Part shown: in pieces, positions 29,212-39,056 of the stretch
Layout of the letters: each line of letters starts with the position of its first letter
Position numbering within the stretch: position 1 is the stretch's first letter
Assembly: GCA_024235895.1 (NCBI GenBank)
Contig: JACKLM010000009.1
Location: 19,380 to 83,379 of the forward strand
Direction: 5' to 3'
Origin: Burkholderiaceae bacterium
GTDB taxonomy: Bacteria > Pseudomonadota > Gammaproteobacteria > Burkholderiales > Burkholderiaceae_C
DNA length: 64,000 nucleotides
The notes under the pieces: generated by a model
Databases searched by the model: none
The model's input: only the letters and a program-made list of their open reading frames with translations
Told to the model about the DNA's origin: nothing
Made by a program: the position numbers and the translations under genes

Positions 29212-30162
29212 TCAGGCGGGCTCGGGCAGCTCGTAGGGCAGCGGCAGCAGCCGCATGGCTGGCCCCCCCGCGGCGCCTGCCGCCAGGGCCTGCCCCCGCG
29301 CCGCGAGCTTGAGCTCGATCAGCGCGATGGCGCCGCCGTCCGCCGTGGCGGCGGCGTTGACGACCATGCCGGCGGGCTGCTGCGCGTCGTCGGCGGCGTA
29401 GACCTCCTGCCCGGGCTGCAACGGCGTCGGCGCCGACGCCAGCAACATGCGGCGCTTGAGGCTGCCGCGGTACTGGCTACGCGCGACGACCTCCTGGCCC
29501 GGGTAGCAGCCCTTCTGGAAGTTCACCCCGCCGACCAGCTCCAGGTTGACCATCTGGGGGACGAACTGCTCGGCCGTGGCGGCGACGATGCGCGGCACGC
29601 CGGCGGCCACTTCGAGCCAGGCCCAGGCCTGCGGCGCCAGGGCCTCCCCCGCCGGCGGCGTGCCGCCCACGAGCAATGCGCGCGGGACGCCGGCGGCATC
29701 GGGCAGGCGGATCAGGGTGCCGCCACAGGCCGCACCGACGCCCCACGGCACGATCCCGTCGACCCCCGCGGCCCCGGCGGCGTCCCCGGCCAGCCCCGTC
29801 AGCGGCAGTTCGGCGCTCGCATCGCCGAGCTTGCACCTGGCGCGCAGCACGAACATCGACAGCCGCTTCAGCGTGGCCGGCAGCAGGTCGGCGCTGCAGG
29901 CGAGCATCAGGGCGCCCGGCGCCGCCTCCGCCCAGACGACGAAGCTCGCCAGCAGCCTGCCCTTGGCCGAGCAGTAGCCGGCCAGCCGTGCCTGGCCCGG
30001 CGGCAGGCCGACGATGTCCTGCGTCAACTGCCCGTGCAGAAAGCTGCGCGCATCGTCGCCCTGCGCGCGCAGCAGCCCCCAGCCGGTCAACGGCAGCGCG
30101 CCGTGCAGCGGGGCGGGTGGGGCGGGAAGGTCGGCGGCAGCGGACAGGTCGACGGCAGTCAC
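29212..30162 (-). CDS. ygfZ: Folate-binding Fe-S/tRNA-modification protein YgfZ
   Basis: FLHGQLTQD, KGRLLASF, VNFQKGCYPGQEVVAR signature. GTG start at 30162 (30192 possible). Confidence 0.93.
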   Translation of the reverse strand: MTAVDLSAAADLPAPPAPLHGALPLTGWGLLRAQGDDARSFLHGQLTQDIVGLPPGQARLAGYCSAKGRLLASFVVWAEAAPGALMLACSADLLPATLKRLSMFVLRARCKLGDASAELPLTGLAGDAAGAAGVDGIVPWGVGAACGGTLIRLPDAAGVPRALLVGGTPPAGEALAPQAWAWLEVAAGVPRIVAATAEQFVPQMVNLELVGGVNFQKGCYPGQEVVARSQYRGSLKRRMLLASAPTPLQPGQEVYAADDAQQPAGMVVNAAATADGGAIALIELKLAARGQALAAGAAGGPAMRLLPLPYELPEPA

Positions 30163-30261
30163 GGTTCGAGGCGGGCGAGCGAGCGCGGGCAAGGAAGGGA
30201 CAGGTGACCAGTAGCCCGGGGTCGGCAGGGCCCGGCTGGCCTGTCATTATGATCAGCCGTC

Positions 30262-31308
30262 ATGGGCCGACGTTCAAAGGGGTCTCGTGCCGCCGGCCGC
30301 GTGCGTGCGGTGCTGGTGACACTGGTCGCACTGCTCGCGCTGGCGGCAGCGGCGGCCGCTGCACTGGCCTGGGTCGCGTGGCGCTGGGTCGACGCGCCGC
30401 TGCCGCTGGCGGCGCCGACCGTCGCCTACACCGTTGCGGCCGGGTCGACCCCGCGCGCGGTGGCCGCGGGCTGGTCGAAGTCGGGCGTCGACGTCGACCC
30501 GCGCTGGCTGTACGCCTGGTTCAGGCTGTCCGGCGACGCCTCACGCATCCGCGCCGGCCACTATGAGATCGCCCAGGGGACGACGCCGCGCCGGCTGCTC
30601 GAGGTCATGGTCCAGGGGCTGGAGGCGCTGGAGCGCGTGCGCCTGCCGGAGGGGCAGACCCTGCGCGAGTGGCGCGCCGTGCTCGCCGCCTCGCCGCACC
30701 TGGTGCCCGACAGCGCGGCGCTGGACGAGCGCGCGCTGATGGCCGCGCTCGACGCGCCGGGGCTGGCGGCCGAAGGGCGCTTCTTCCCCGACACCTACGC
30801 CTTCCCGCGCGGCACCAGCGACCTGGTCGTGCTGCGCCAGGCCTTCGACGCCATGCAGCGCGAGCTGCAGGCGGCCTGGGACGCACGCGCCGAGGGCCTC
30901 CCGCTGGCGTCGGCCGACGAGGCGTTGATCCTGGCCAGCATCGTCGAGAAGGAGACCGGGCGCGACGAGGACCGCGCGCGCATCGCCGGCGTCTTCGTCA
31001 ACCGGCTGCGCATCGGCATGCGGCTGCAGACCGACCCGACCGTCATCTACGGCCTGGGCGAGTCCTTCGACGGCAACCTGCGCAAGCGCGACCTGCTGGC
31101 CGACGGCCCCTACAACACCTACACGCGCGCCGGGCTGCCACCGACGCCGATCGCGATGCCGAGCCTGGCCTCGCTGCGCGCCGCGGTCCGGCCGGCCCGG
31201 ACGCGGGCGATGTATTTCGTCGCCCGCGGCGACGGTCACAGCGTCTTCAGCGAAACGCTGGGCGAGCACAATCGCGCCGTCGACCGCTACCAGCGGGGCC
31301 TGCCATGA
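30262..31308 (+). CDS. mltG: Endolytic transglycosylase MltG
   Basis: N-terminal TM segment, [44 protein letters not shown]. Confidence 0.96.
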   Translation: MGRRSKGSRAAGRVRAVLVTLVALLALAAAAAAALAWVAWRWVDAPLPLAAPTVAYTVAAGSTPRAVAAGWSKSGVDVDPRWLYAWFRLSGDASRIRAGHYEIAQGTTPRRLLEVMVQGLEALERVRLPEGQTLREWRAVLAASPHLVPDSAALDERALMAALDAPGLAAEGRFFPDTYAFPRGTSDLVVLRQAFDAMQRELQAAWDARAEGLPLASADEALILASIVEKETGRDEDRARIAGVFVNRLRIGMRLQTDPTVIYGLGESFDGNLRKRDLLADGPYNTYTRAGLPPTPIAMPSLASLRAAVRPARTRAMYFVARGDGHSVFSETLGEHNRAVDRYQRGLP

Positions 31309-31958
31309 CGACGGCGTCCGTGCACGGGCTGTTCCTGAGCTTCGAGGGCATCGACGGTGCCGGCAAGTCCACCCACCTCGACGCCGCCGAATCCTGGCTG
31401 CGTGTGCACGCCGCCGAGGTCGTGCGCACGCGCGAGCCCGGCGGCACGCCGCTGGCCGAGGCGCTGCGCGCGCTGGTGTTGCACGAGCCGATGGACGCGC
31501 TGACCGAGTCGCTGCTGGTGTTCGCCGCCCGGCGCGACCACCTGCGCCGCTGCATCGAGCCGGCGCTGGCGCGTGGGGCGGTCGTGCTGTGCGACCGCTT
31601 CACCGACGCCACCTTCGCCTACCAGGGCGGCGGGCGCGGCTTCGATCGCGACGTGCTGTCCCGGCTCGAGGACTGGGTGCAGCAGGGGCGGCAGCCCGAC
31701 CGGACTTTCTGGTTCGACCTGCCGCCGGCCGTCGCCGCCGCGCGGCGCGCCGCCGCGCGGGCCCCCGACCGCTTCGAGTCGCAGGACGAGGCCTTTTTCG
31801 AGCGCGTGCGCGCCGGCTACGCGGCGCGCGCGGCCGCCGACCCGGGGCGTTTCGTCAGGCTGGACGCCGCACAAGATACCGGCGCGGTGCGCGAGCAGCT
31901 GCTGGCGGCGCTGCAGGCCATGGTCGATGGCCTCGGCCGTGCGGAGCCGCCACGGTGA
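31305..31958 (+). CDS. tmk: Thymidylate kinase
   Basis: [39 protein letters not shown]. Confidence 0.97.
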   Translation: MTTASVHGLFLSFEGIDGAGKSTHLDAAESWLRVHAAEVVRTREPGGTPLAEALRALVLHEPMDALTESLLVFAARRDHLRRCIEPALARGAVVLCDRFTDATFAYQGGGRGFDRDVLSRLEDWVQQGRQPDRTFWFDLPPAVAAARRAAARAPDRFESQDEAFFERVRAGYAARAAADPGRFVRLDAAQDTGAVREQLLAALQAMVDGLGRAEPPR

Positions 31959-33013
31959 GCGCAGGCACCGAGAGCCTGCTCGTCGGTGCCGACGGCGTGC
32001 TGCCGCTGCCGTGGCTGGCCGGCCCGTTGACGCACGCGCTCGCGCAGCCCGGGCACGCGTTGCTGGTCGTCGGTGCGCCCGGCGCCGGCGCGCTCGAGCT
32101 GCAGATGACGCTCGCGCAGGCCTGGCTGTGCGAGGCGAGGCCGGCCGGCGCGCCGCTGGCGCCGCCCTGCGGCCGCTGCGCCGCGTGCCGGCTCGTCCAG
32201 GCCCGCACGCACGCCGACCTGCGCATCCTGCTGCCCGAGTCGCAGCGCGTCGCGCGTGGCTGGGAGGCGGCGGGCGAGGGCGGCGAGGCGGGCGAGGGCA
32301 GGCGCAAGCCCAGCCGCTGGATCCGCATCGCCGAGGTGCGCGACGCCATCGCCTGGACCTCGACGACGACCGCACGCAGCCGCGCCAAGGTGCTGCTGCT
32401 GCACCCGGGCGAGGCGCTGCAGGGGGAGGCCGCCAGCGCGCTGCTGAAGACGCTCGAGGAGCCGCCGCCCGGCACGCGCATCGTGCTGAGCTGCGGCGAC
32501 CCGGAGCGGCTGCTGCCCACCGTCCGCAGCCGCTGCCAGCGGGTGCGGCTGGCGGCGCCCGCAGCCGACCAGGCGGTCGACTGGCTTGCCGCGCGCGGGG
32601 TGCCCGACCCCGCCGTGCTGCTGGCCGCCGCCGACGGCGGTCCGCTCGATGCGCTGGCGCTGCACGAGGCCGGCGTCGACGCCGCGGCCTGGGGCGAGCT
32701 GCCGCGCGCGCTGGCGCAAGGGCGCCCGCAGGTCTGGAGCGGCTGGCCGCTGCCGCGCGCGCTCGACGCGATGCACAAGCTCTGCCACGACCTGATGGTG
32801 GTCGCCGCCGGCGGGGCGCCGCGCTATTTCCCCGCCGAGGCGCTCGGCGCGGCGCCGGCGATCGCGTCGGCCGTGGCGATCGAGTCGCTTGGACGCTGGG
32901 CGGACGTGCTCGTCCAGGTACGCGGACGCGCCGAACACCCGTGGAATGAGGCTCTTTTGATCGAATCGCTGGTCGCCCAGGGACGCGACGCCTTGGTTAG
33001 ACTGCGCGCATGA
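31955..33013 (+). CDS. holB: DNA polymerase III subunit delta-prime
   Basis: Zn module [32 protein letters not shown]. Conserved tmk-holB synteny. Confidence 0.92.
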   Translation: MSAGTESLLVGADGVLPLPWLAGPLTHALAQPGHALLVVGAPGAGALELQMTLAQAWLCEARPAGAPLAPPCGRCAACRLVQARTHADLRILLPESQRVARGWEAAGEGGEAGEGRRKPSRWIRIAEVRDAIAWTSTTTARSRAKVLLLHPGEALQGEAASALLKTLEEPPPGTRIVLSCGDPERLLPTVRSRCQRVRLAAPAADQAVDWLAARGVPDPAVLLAAADGGPLDALALHEAGVDAAAWGELPRALAQGRPQVWSGWPLPRALDAMHKLCHDLMVVAAGGAPRYFPAEALGAAPAIASAVAIESLGRWADVLVQVRGRAEHPWNEALLIESLVAQGRDALVRLRA

Positions 33014-33411
33014 GCAACCAGGCACCCGCGCCGGCGGTGGTTCCCCAGGCGCCACCGGCGGGTGCCGTGGCCGGTCGGCCCAGCGTCATCCAGCTCGTCT
33101 TCCGCGAGATCGGCGCGCTGTACGCGGCCTACATGCCGGCGCTGACCGACGGCGGGCTGTTCGTGCCGACGACGCGCCCCTACCGCCTGGGCGACGACAT
33201 CTACCTGCTGCTGTCGCTGCCCGACGACCCGCAACGCTACCCGGTGGCCGGCAAGGTCGCGTGGATCACGCCGGCCAATGCCTCGGGCGGCCGCACCCAG
33301 GGCGTCGGCGTGCGCTTCCCGAACGACGAGAAGACGCGCCAGCTCAAGATCAAGATCGAGCAGCTGCTGGGCACGAGCATCTCGTCGTCCAAGCCGACGC
33401 AGACGATCTGA
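33010..33411 (+). CDS. pilZ: Type IV pilus assembly protein PilZ
   Basis: LYAAYMP, GGLFVPT, VAWITP, QGVGVRF, KPTQTI. Conserved holB-pilZ-tatD synteny. Confidence 0.92.
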   Translation: MSNQAPAPAVVPQAPPAGAVAGRPSVIQLVFREIGALYAAYMPALTDGGLFVPTTRPYRLGDDIYLLLSLPDDPQRYPVAGKVAWITPANASGGRTQGVGVRFPNDEKTRQLKIKIEQLLGTSISSSKPTQTI

Positions 33412-33519
33412 GAAGCGGCGACCTCGTCGCCTTCGCGCCGGGCTTCGCACGGCGGCCCGTGCACCGCGGCCCGCATGCGGACAGAATCGGCCGCCCGCCG
33501 ACCCTGCCTGCCGCCGCCG

Positions 33520-34302
33520 ATGTACGTCGATTCCCACTGCCACCTGAGCTTTCCCGACCTGGCGCCGCGCGTGCCCGAGATCCTGGCCGCGATGCGCGCG
33601 GCCGGCGTCGACCGCGCGCTGACGATCTGCACCACGCTGGAGGAGTTTGCCCAGGTGCACGCGCTGGCGCTCGCGCACGAGGCGCTGTGGTGCACCGTCG
33701 GCGTGCACCCCGACAACGAGGGCGTGGCCGAACCGACGCTGGCGGACCTGTGCGACCGCGCCGCGCTGCCGCGCGTGGTCGGCATCGGCGAGACCGGGCT
33801 GGACTACTACCGGCTCGGCGTGCGCAGCGTCGAGGACATGGCCTGGCAGCGCGAGCGATTCCGGGTCCACATCCGGGCTGCGCGCGCCACCGGGCTCCCG
33901 CTGGTGGTGCACACGCGCAGCGCGGCGAGCGATACGGTTGCGCTGCTGCGGGAGGAGGGCGGCGGCGCCGTGCGCGGGGTCTTCCACTGCTTCACCGAGA
34001 CGCAGGCGGTGGCCGACGCCGCGCTGGCGATGGGTTTCTCGATCTCCTTTTCGGGCATCCTGACCTTCCGCAACGCCGAGGCGCTGCGCGACGTGGCGCG
34101 AAACGTGCCGCTGGAACGCTGCCTGATCGAGACCGACAGCCCCTACCTCGCGCCCGCGCCCTACCGCGGCAGGACCAACCAGCCGGCCTACGTCGTCCAC
34201 GTCGCCGCCGAACTGGCACGTCTCAAGGGGCTGCCGGTGGAGGAGGTCGCCAGGGTCACGAGCGATAACTTCGCGCGGCTGTTCAGGCTGCGGGAAGCCT
34301 GA
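33520..34302 (+). CDS. tatD: TatD family DNase (YcfH)
   Basis: DSHCH, VGVHP, IGETGLDYY, VVHTR, VFHCFT, ETDSPYLAP. Confidence 0.96.
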   Translation: MYVDSHCHLSFPDLAPRVPEILAAMRAAGVDRALTICTTLEEFAQVHALALAHEALWCTVGVHPDNEGVAEPTLADLCDRAALPRVVGIGETGLDYYRLGVRSVEDMAWQRERFRVHIRAARATGLPLVVHTRSAASDTVALLREEGGGAVRGVFHCFTETQAVADAALAMGFSISFSGILTFRNAEALRDVARNVPLERCLIETDSPYLAPAPYRGRTNQPAYVVHVAAELARLKGLPVEEVARVTSDNFARLFRLREA

Positions 34303-34329
34303 AACGGGGCCCCGGGCACCGGGAACCCA

Positions 34330-34445
34330 TATTTCAACCGATACATGAACTATCATTGATAAACCATTGAATGTGTGTAATATTCAATGCTTCATATGAA
34401 GACTTGTCTGATCGCCAACCGCTCATGTGAAACATCAAGACAAGG
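34330..34445. promoter_or_regulatory. AT-rich putative promoter/operator region
   Basis: Sharp AT-rich patch in a GC-rich background, containing the inverted repeat ATTGAAT-N9-ATTCAAT. Confidence 0.45.
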
Positions 34446-34751
34446 CCGCAATCCGGTTTGACGCAGGAACGTTTGTCGTCATCGTTTGCCGGTTGCCGTG
34501 CTGGGCCGTACGCCACCCTCGGGACCGATCCGAGGCCCCCACGCGCGCCGCGGTAACCGTGCGTGGAGGGGCCGAAAGACGCCTCGATGCGTCGTCCGAC
34601 GACGACGGGCACCGAGGACGACAGTCGTCAGGACACCGACGCGCGTGTCGGATTCCCGCCGACGCCGGGTTTGGCGCTGCGCCGACTGTTCAGCCGCGGC
34701 ACCGTGCGACGACCATGGACATCATCTTGGCGACGATGGAGCGACTCAGCC

Positions 34752-34946
34752 ATGCTGCACGAAGAAGCGGTTCGCAACCCGTTCATGCTGATGCTGGAGC
34801 CCGAGAAGGTGCTGGCCGCGGTCGAGCGGTCGGAGAAGCTCGGCCGGCTGCGTCGTCGGATGTGCCATCCGCTGGACAAGCCGGTCCCGGGGACCGAGGG
34901 CTGCGCCGACATGGACGGCAGCCCGAAGCCTGAATCCGTGGGCTGA
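34752..34946 (+). CDS. Small hypothetical protein (64 aa)
   Basis: MLHEEAVRNPFMLMLEPEKVLAAVERSEKLGRLRRRMCHPLDKP has a protein-like composition unlike GC shadow frames. Start is uncertain. Confidence 0.55.
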   Translation: MLHEEAVRNPFMLMLEPEKVLAAVERSEKLGRLRRRMCHPLDKPVPGTEGCADMDGSPKPESVG

Positions 34947-35030
34947 CCAGGCCGCGCCTGGGGCGGTTCGCGGCGCGCCGTCGAGGGCGCTGCGGGATCG
35001 TCGATCGCCGGGCCCTGATCAGGCGCCCTT

Positions 35031-35058
35031 AGCGATGACGATGTATATTATGTTAAAT
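35031..35058. other. dif: XerCD dif recombination site (probable chromosomal dif)
   Basis: AGCGATGACGA-TGTATA-TTATGTTAAAT. The spacer and XerD arm are identical to E. coli dif; the XerC arm is diverged. KOPS orientation flips across the site. Confidence 0.85.
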
Positions 35059-35122
35059 ATGTGATCGGGCGTGCGGCAGCCTGCTCGCGATCCGTGGCGT
35101 ACCCGTCTCGCGCGCCGGGTCG

Positions 35123-35770
35123 TCACGCCCCGGCGATCACGATGTGCAGATGCCTCGGCCCGTGGGCACCAAGCACCAGGCTGCCCTCGATGTCGGTCGT
35201 CCCGCTGGCCCCGGTGACGAGGTTGACGTTGCGCGGCGGCCTGGTCCCCTGCACCGCCTGCGCGTAGTCCTCGAGATACGCCAGGATCCGGCCAGCGTGC
35301 AGCAGCACGATGTGGTGCAGCGGCAGGAAGTGCGTCAGCACCGGCGTCTGGGCATCCGAGTGGAAGACCAGCGACCCGGTCTCGGCCACCCCCCAGCGCG
35401 CCACGCCCACCGCCGCCACCTCGTCGGCGGCCGGTCCGTCGTGCAGCTCGAACCCCGACCAGTCCATCGCCTTCAGCAACTGAGCGGGCTGCAGCGCGAC
35501 CGTGGGCGCAATCCCGCGCGCAGCCAGGTAGCGTCCGACCGCCGACGGAAACGCCCCGGCATCGCCGATGCGGTCGACCGTCGCCGCCACCTTGGGCGCG
35601 GTCGCGCGGGCGACGAAGGCATCGACCCGTGAATCGGCCAGCAGCGCGGGCCGAATCGACGCCGGATCGTCCAGCAGCGCCGCCGCCTCGCGCCGGATGC
35701 GGTCGACATCGGCGGGTCGCGGGCCGAGTGCGGCGCGAACCGCCGCCAGGATCTCGTCGCGCGTGCTCAC
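35123..35770 (-). CDS. lutC: LutC/YkgG family protein
   Basis: AETGSLVF, FLPLHHIV, LVTGASGTTDIEGSLVLGAHGP. GTG start. Confidence 0.9.
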   Translation of the reverse strand: MSTRDEILAAVRAALGPRPADVDRIRREAAALLDDPASIRPALLADSRVDAFVARATAPKVAATVDRIGDAGAFPSAVGRYLAARGIAPTVALQPAQLLKAMDWSGFELHDGPAADEVAAVGVARWGVAETGSLVFHSDAQTPVLTHFLPLHHIVLLHAGRILAYLEDYAQAVQGTRPPRNVNLVTGASGTTDIEGSLVLGAHGPRHLHIVIAGA

Positions 35771-35828
35771 CGGACGGCCCCCCGCGCAGGGGGCGGCGCG
35801 ACGGACGCCCGGCAACGGCCCGGCGCGC

Positions 35829-37256
35829 TCACCGCCGCCCCCCTGCCCGGCCGTCGTCGCCCGCGTCCAGCATCGCCATGAAGGTCTTGCGCGCCGGCGC
35901 CGGGAAGTCGCGATGTCGCGTCCACGCACCCAGCCCCGGCATGCCGCGCACCCAGCCGCCGCGGCCGAACAGCCGCATCGCGCGCACCGCAGCCGACATC
36001 CCGAGCCGGTACAGCGCCGGGCGCGACGCCACGAAGGCGAAGACGCCGAGCCCGAATCGCATCGTCGCAGGCTCCAGGCCCTCGCGCCACGAGCGGTCGC
36101 GCCAGCCGCGCAGCAGCGTCGGCAACGGGATGTCGACCGGGCAGACCTCCCGGCACTTGCCGTTGAGCGTGCAGGCATGCGGCAGGTCGCGCGACTTGTC
36201 CAGGCCGTCGAACACCGGGGTCAGCACCGCGCCCATCGGCCCCGGGTAGGTACCGCCATAGGCATGGCCGCCGAGCTGGCGGAAGACGACGCAGTGGTTC
36301 ATGCACGCACCGCAGCGGATGCAGCGCAGCATCTCGCGCATGTCCGGCTGCGCCAGCATGCGCGTGCGGCCGTTGTCGACCAGCACGATGTGGAAGGCCT
36401 GCGGGCCGTCGCGGTCGCCGGGCTGCCGCGGCCCGCAGTGGAAGGTCGTGTACTGGGTCAGCTCGGCGCCGGTGGCCGATCGCACCAGGAGCCGCAGCAG
36501 CGCGAACGCGTGCGCGGTGCTCGGCACCAGCTTCTCGATCCCGGCGGTGACGATGTGCACGCGCGGCGGCGAGGTCGTCAGCTCGGCGTTGCCCTCGTTG
36601 GTGACGGTGCAGGTCGCGCCGGTGTCGGCGACGAGGAAGTTGGCGCCCGAGATCGCGACGTCGGCGCTGAGGAACTTGTCGCGCAGCTCGCGCCGCGCGC
36701 TGTCGACCATGGCCTCGATCGTCTCGTCGCGGTGCGGCACCCGGTGCGCGCGCTTGAACATGGCCGAGACCTGCTCGCGCGTGCGATGCATCGACGGCCA
36801 GACGATGTGCGACGGCCGGTCGCCGCCGAGCTGGACGATGTGCTCGGCCAGGTCGGTCTCGACGCGCTCGAAGCCGGCCTCGTCGAGCGCGTGCGGCAGC
36901 CCGATCTCCTCGCCGAGCATCGATTTCACGCGCGTGACGCGCCTGGCGCCCGCCTGCCGGCACAGCTCGACGACGATCCGCGACGCCTCGTCGGCGGTGG
37001 CCGCCCAGTGCACCTGCGCGCCCGACGCGACCGCATGGCGCTCGAACTCGGCCAGGTAATGGTCCAGGTGGGCGACGACGTGGTCCTTGATCCGCTTGCC
37101 GCGCTCGCGCGCGGCGGCGAACTGCGGGAAGTCGGCCAGCGCGGCGGCACGCTTGCGCTCGGCGGTGCCGGTGGTGCGGTCGATCGCCAGCTTGAGCGTC
37201 GGGTCCGCGAGCGCCGCGTCGGCACGCGCCTGGAAGGAAACGGGGTCGGCTCGCAT
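35829..37256 (-). CDS. lutB: LutB/LldF Fe-S subunit of L-lactate dehydrogenase complex
   Basis: KSMLGEEI, ETDLAEHIVQL, ISGANF, NEGN, CIRCGACMNHC, YPGPMG, CTLNGKCREVCP. Confidence 0.93.
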   Translation of the reverse strand: MRADPVSFQARADAALADPTLKLAIDRTTGTAERKRAAALADFPQFAAARERGKRIKDHVVAHLDHYLAEFERHAVASGAQVHWAATADEASRIVVELCRQAGARRVTRVKSMLGEEIGLPHALDEAGFERVETDLAEHIVQLGGDRPSHIVWPSMHRTREQVSAMFKRAHRVPHRDETIEAMVDSARRELRDKFLSADVAISGANFLVADTGATCTVTNEGNAELTTSPPRVHIVTAGIEKLVPSTAHAFALLRLLVRSATGAELTQYTTFHCGPRQPGDRDGPQAFHIVLVDNGRTRMLAQPDMREMLRCIRCGACMNHCVVFRQLGGHAYGGTYPGPMGAVLTPVFDGLDKSRDLPHACTLNGKCREVCPVDIPLPTLLRGWRDRSWREGLEPATMRFGLGVFAFVASRPALYRLGMSAAVRAMRLFGRGGWVRGMPGLGAWTRHRDFPAPARKTFMAMLDAGDDGRAGGRR

Positions 37257-37259
37257 CGC

Positions 37260-38045
37260 TCAGTCCGCCTCGCCGATGGCGGCGTCGGCGCGGCCCGCGA
37301 GCACCTCGGCGGCGTGGAAGGCGCGCACCCTGGAGCCGTTGCGCCTGAGCTTGCCGGCCATGTTGAGCAGGCAGCCGAGGTCGCCGCCGAGCAGCAGCTG
37401 GGCGCCGCTGCGCTCGATCGCCGCGGCCTTCTCGCCGACGATCGCGTTCGAGATCGCCGGATACTTGACGCAGAAGGTGCCGCCGAAGCCGCAGCACACG
37501 TCGTGGCCTTCCAGCGGCTTCATCGTCAGCCCTTCGACCGCGCCGAGCAGCTCGCGTGGCTGCGCGAAGACGCCGAGCTCGCGCAGCCCCGAGCAGCTGT
37601 CGTGGTAGGTCGCGCTGGCCTGCAGCGCGCGACCGGAGGGCTTGAACCGCATCACGTCGACCAGAAAGCTCATCAGCTCGAAGCTGCGCGCGCCCAGCCG
37701 CTGCGCACGTTCGGCCCAGGCCGGGTCGTCGGCCAGCGCCTCGGGATAGTGCGCGCGCGTCATGCCGATGCACGACCCCGACGGCGCGACGACGAAGTCG
37801 TAGGGCTCGAAGATCTCGATGAAGCGCCTGGCCAGCGCCGCGGTGTGCGCGGTATCCCCGCTGTTGAACGCGGGCTGGCCGCAGCAGGTCTGCGCCGCGG
37901 GCACCTCGACGCGGCAGCCCGCCTCGCGCAGCAGCTGCATCGTCGCGAAGCCGACGTTGGGCCGCATCGAGTCGACGAGGCAGGTGACGAACAGCGCGAC
38001 GCGCGGGTTGGCAGGCGCTTCGGCGGGGGGGCCGGACAAGTTCAT
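37260..38045 (-). CDS. lutA: LutA/LldE CCG-domain Fe-S subunit
   Basis: LFVTCLVD, QTCCGQPAFNSG, PSGSC, YHDSC, CCGFGGTFCVK, DLGCL. Confidence 0.93.
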   Translation of the reverse strand: MNLSGPPAEAPANPRVALFVTCLVDSMRPNVGFATMQLLREAGCRVEVPAAQTCCGQPAFNSGDTAHTAALARRFIEIFEPYDFVVAPSGSCIGMTRAHYPEALADDPAWAERAQRLGARSFELMSFLVDVMRFKPSGRALQASATYHDSCSGLRELGVFAQPRELLGAVEGLTMKPLEGHDVCCGFGGTFCVKYPAISNAIVGEKAAAIERSGAQLLLGGDLGCLLNMAGKLRRNGSRVRAFHAAEVLAGRADAAIGEAD

Positions 38046-38362
38046 GCGAGGGCCTCGCGCGGTCGGTCGAGGGCCACACTTTACCTGCCCGGGACGGACC
38101 CGCGCTCGCAACCGGTCCGGGCGATCGGGCCTGCCGCGTATCCTCGCGTCGGCACGCTGCCCGGCAGCACGGGATTCGGGGTCCGCACGCGGGTCGGCTG
38201 CCCGCACGGCTCGTCTCGCGTGGCCGTCCTGCCTGCCGGGCACGTGCGGGCCCGCCCTGTCTCGACGACCGCGGGCGGCGAGCCGGCCGTCTCGGCTGGT
38301 TTGGCCGCGCCACCGGTCCCCTGCCCCCATGGCCCTTGCCAGGCCGACGAGGAGTCTCGTGC

Positions 38363-38887
38363 ATGAACACCGACCCGAAATCCGACGACGGATCGATCGC
38401 CCGGCGCCTCGCGCGGCTCGGCCTGAGCCTGCCACCGCCGATCGTCGCCCCCGGCGGCGTGGCGCTTCCCTTTCCGTTCGTCCACGTGGTCGGGCGGCGC
38501 GTCTTCGTCTCCGGCCACGGGCCGCAGGCCCCAGACGGGTCGCTCGCGCCGCTGCGCGGCAAGCTCGGACGCGAGCTCGACCTGACGCAGGGCCGCGAGG
38601 CGGCGCGCCTGACCGCACTGTCGGTGCTCGGCAGCCTGCAGCGTGCGCTCGGCAGCCTGGACGCGATCGGGCGCTGGTGCCGGGTCTTCGGCATGGTCGC
38701 GTCGGCGCCCGGGTTCAACCGTCAGCCCGAGGTGATCAACGGCTTCTCGGCGCTGATCCTCGAGGTCTTCGGCGACGAGGTCGGCCTGCACGCGCGCAGC
38801 GCGGTGGGGATGGCCGAGCTGCCGTTCGACATCCCGGTCGAGGTCGAGGCCGAGATCGAGCTGCGCGACGACGGCCCGCTGGGCTGA
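38363..38887 (+). CDS. Rid (RidA/YjgF/UK114) family protein
   Basis: VFVSGHGP, VINGFS, HARSAVGMAELPFDIPVEVE. RBS GAGGAG upstream. Confidence 0.9.
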   Translation: MNTDPKSDDGSIARRLARLGLSLPPPIVAPGGVALPFPFVHVVGRRVFVSGHGPQAPDGSLAPLRGKLGRELDLTQGREAARLTALSVLGSLQRALGSLDAIGRWCRVFGMVASAPGFNRQPEVINGFSALILEVFGDEVGLHARSAVGMAELPFDIPVEVEAEIELRDDGPLG

Positions 38888-39056
38888 CGCAGGGCCGGGT
38901 TTGCGGCCGCCGCCTGTCGCCGGCACGCGACATCGGCGCCGGCTCCTGCGGCCCCCGGCGGCGACCGCCGTGAGGCGCCGAAGGTTTGTCCCGATGCCGC
39001 TCGTCGCGCGGCTGGCCTATAAGCACCGGTTCAGAAATCCCACGAGGAGACAAGCC

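Noticed and set aside
31955-33411. Degenerate Walker A in HolB, and PilZ lacking an RxxxR motif
   Set aside because: Both are normal: delta-prime is the non-ATPase clamp-loader subunit, and holB-linked PilZ proteins do not bind c-di-GMP.
34345-34445. FNR/CRP box in the AT-rich patch
   Set aside because: Only half-sites (TTGAT, ATCAA, TGTGA) occur, without correct spacing.
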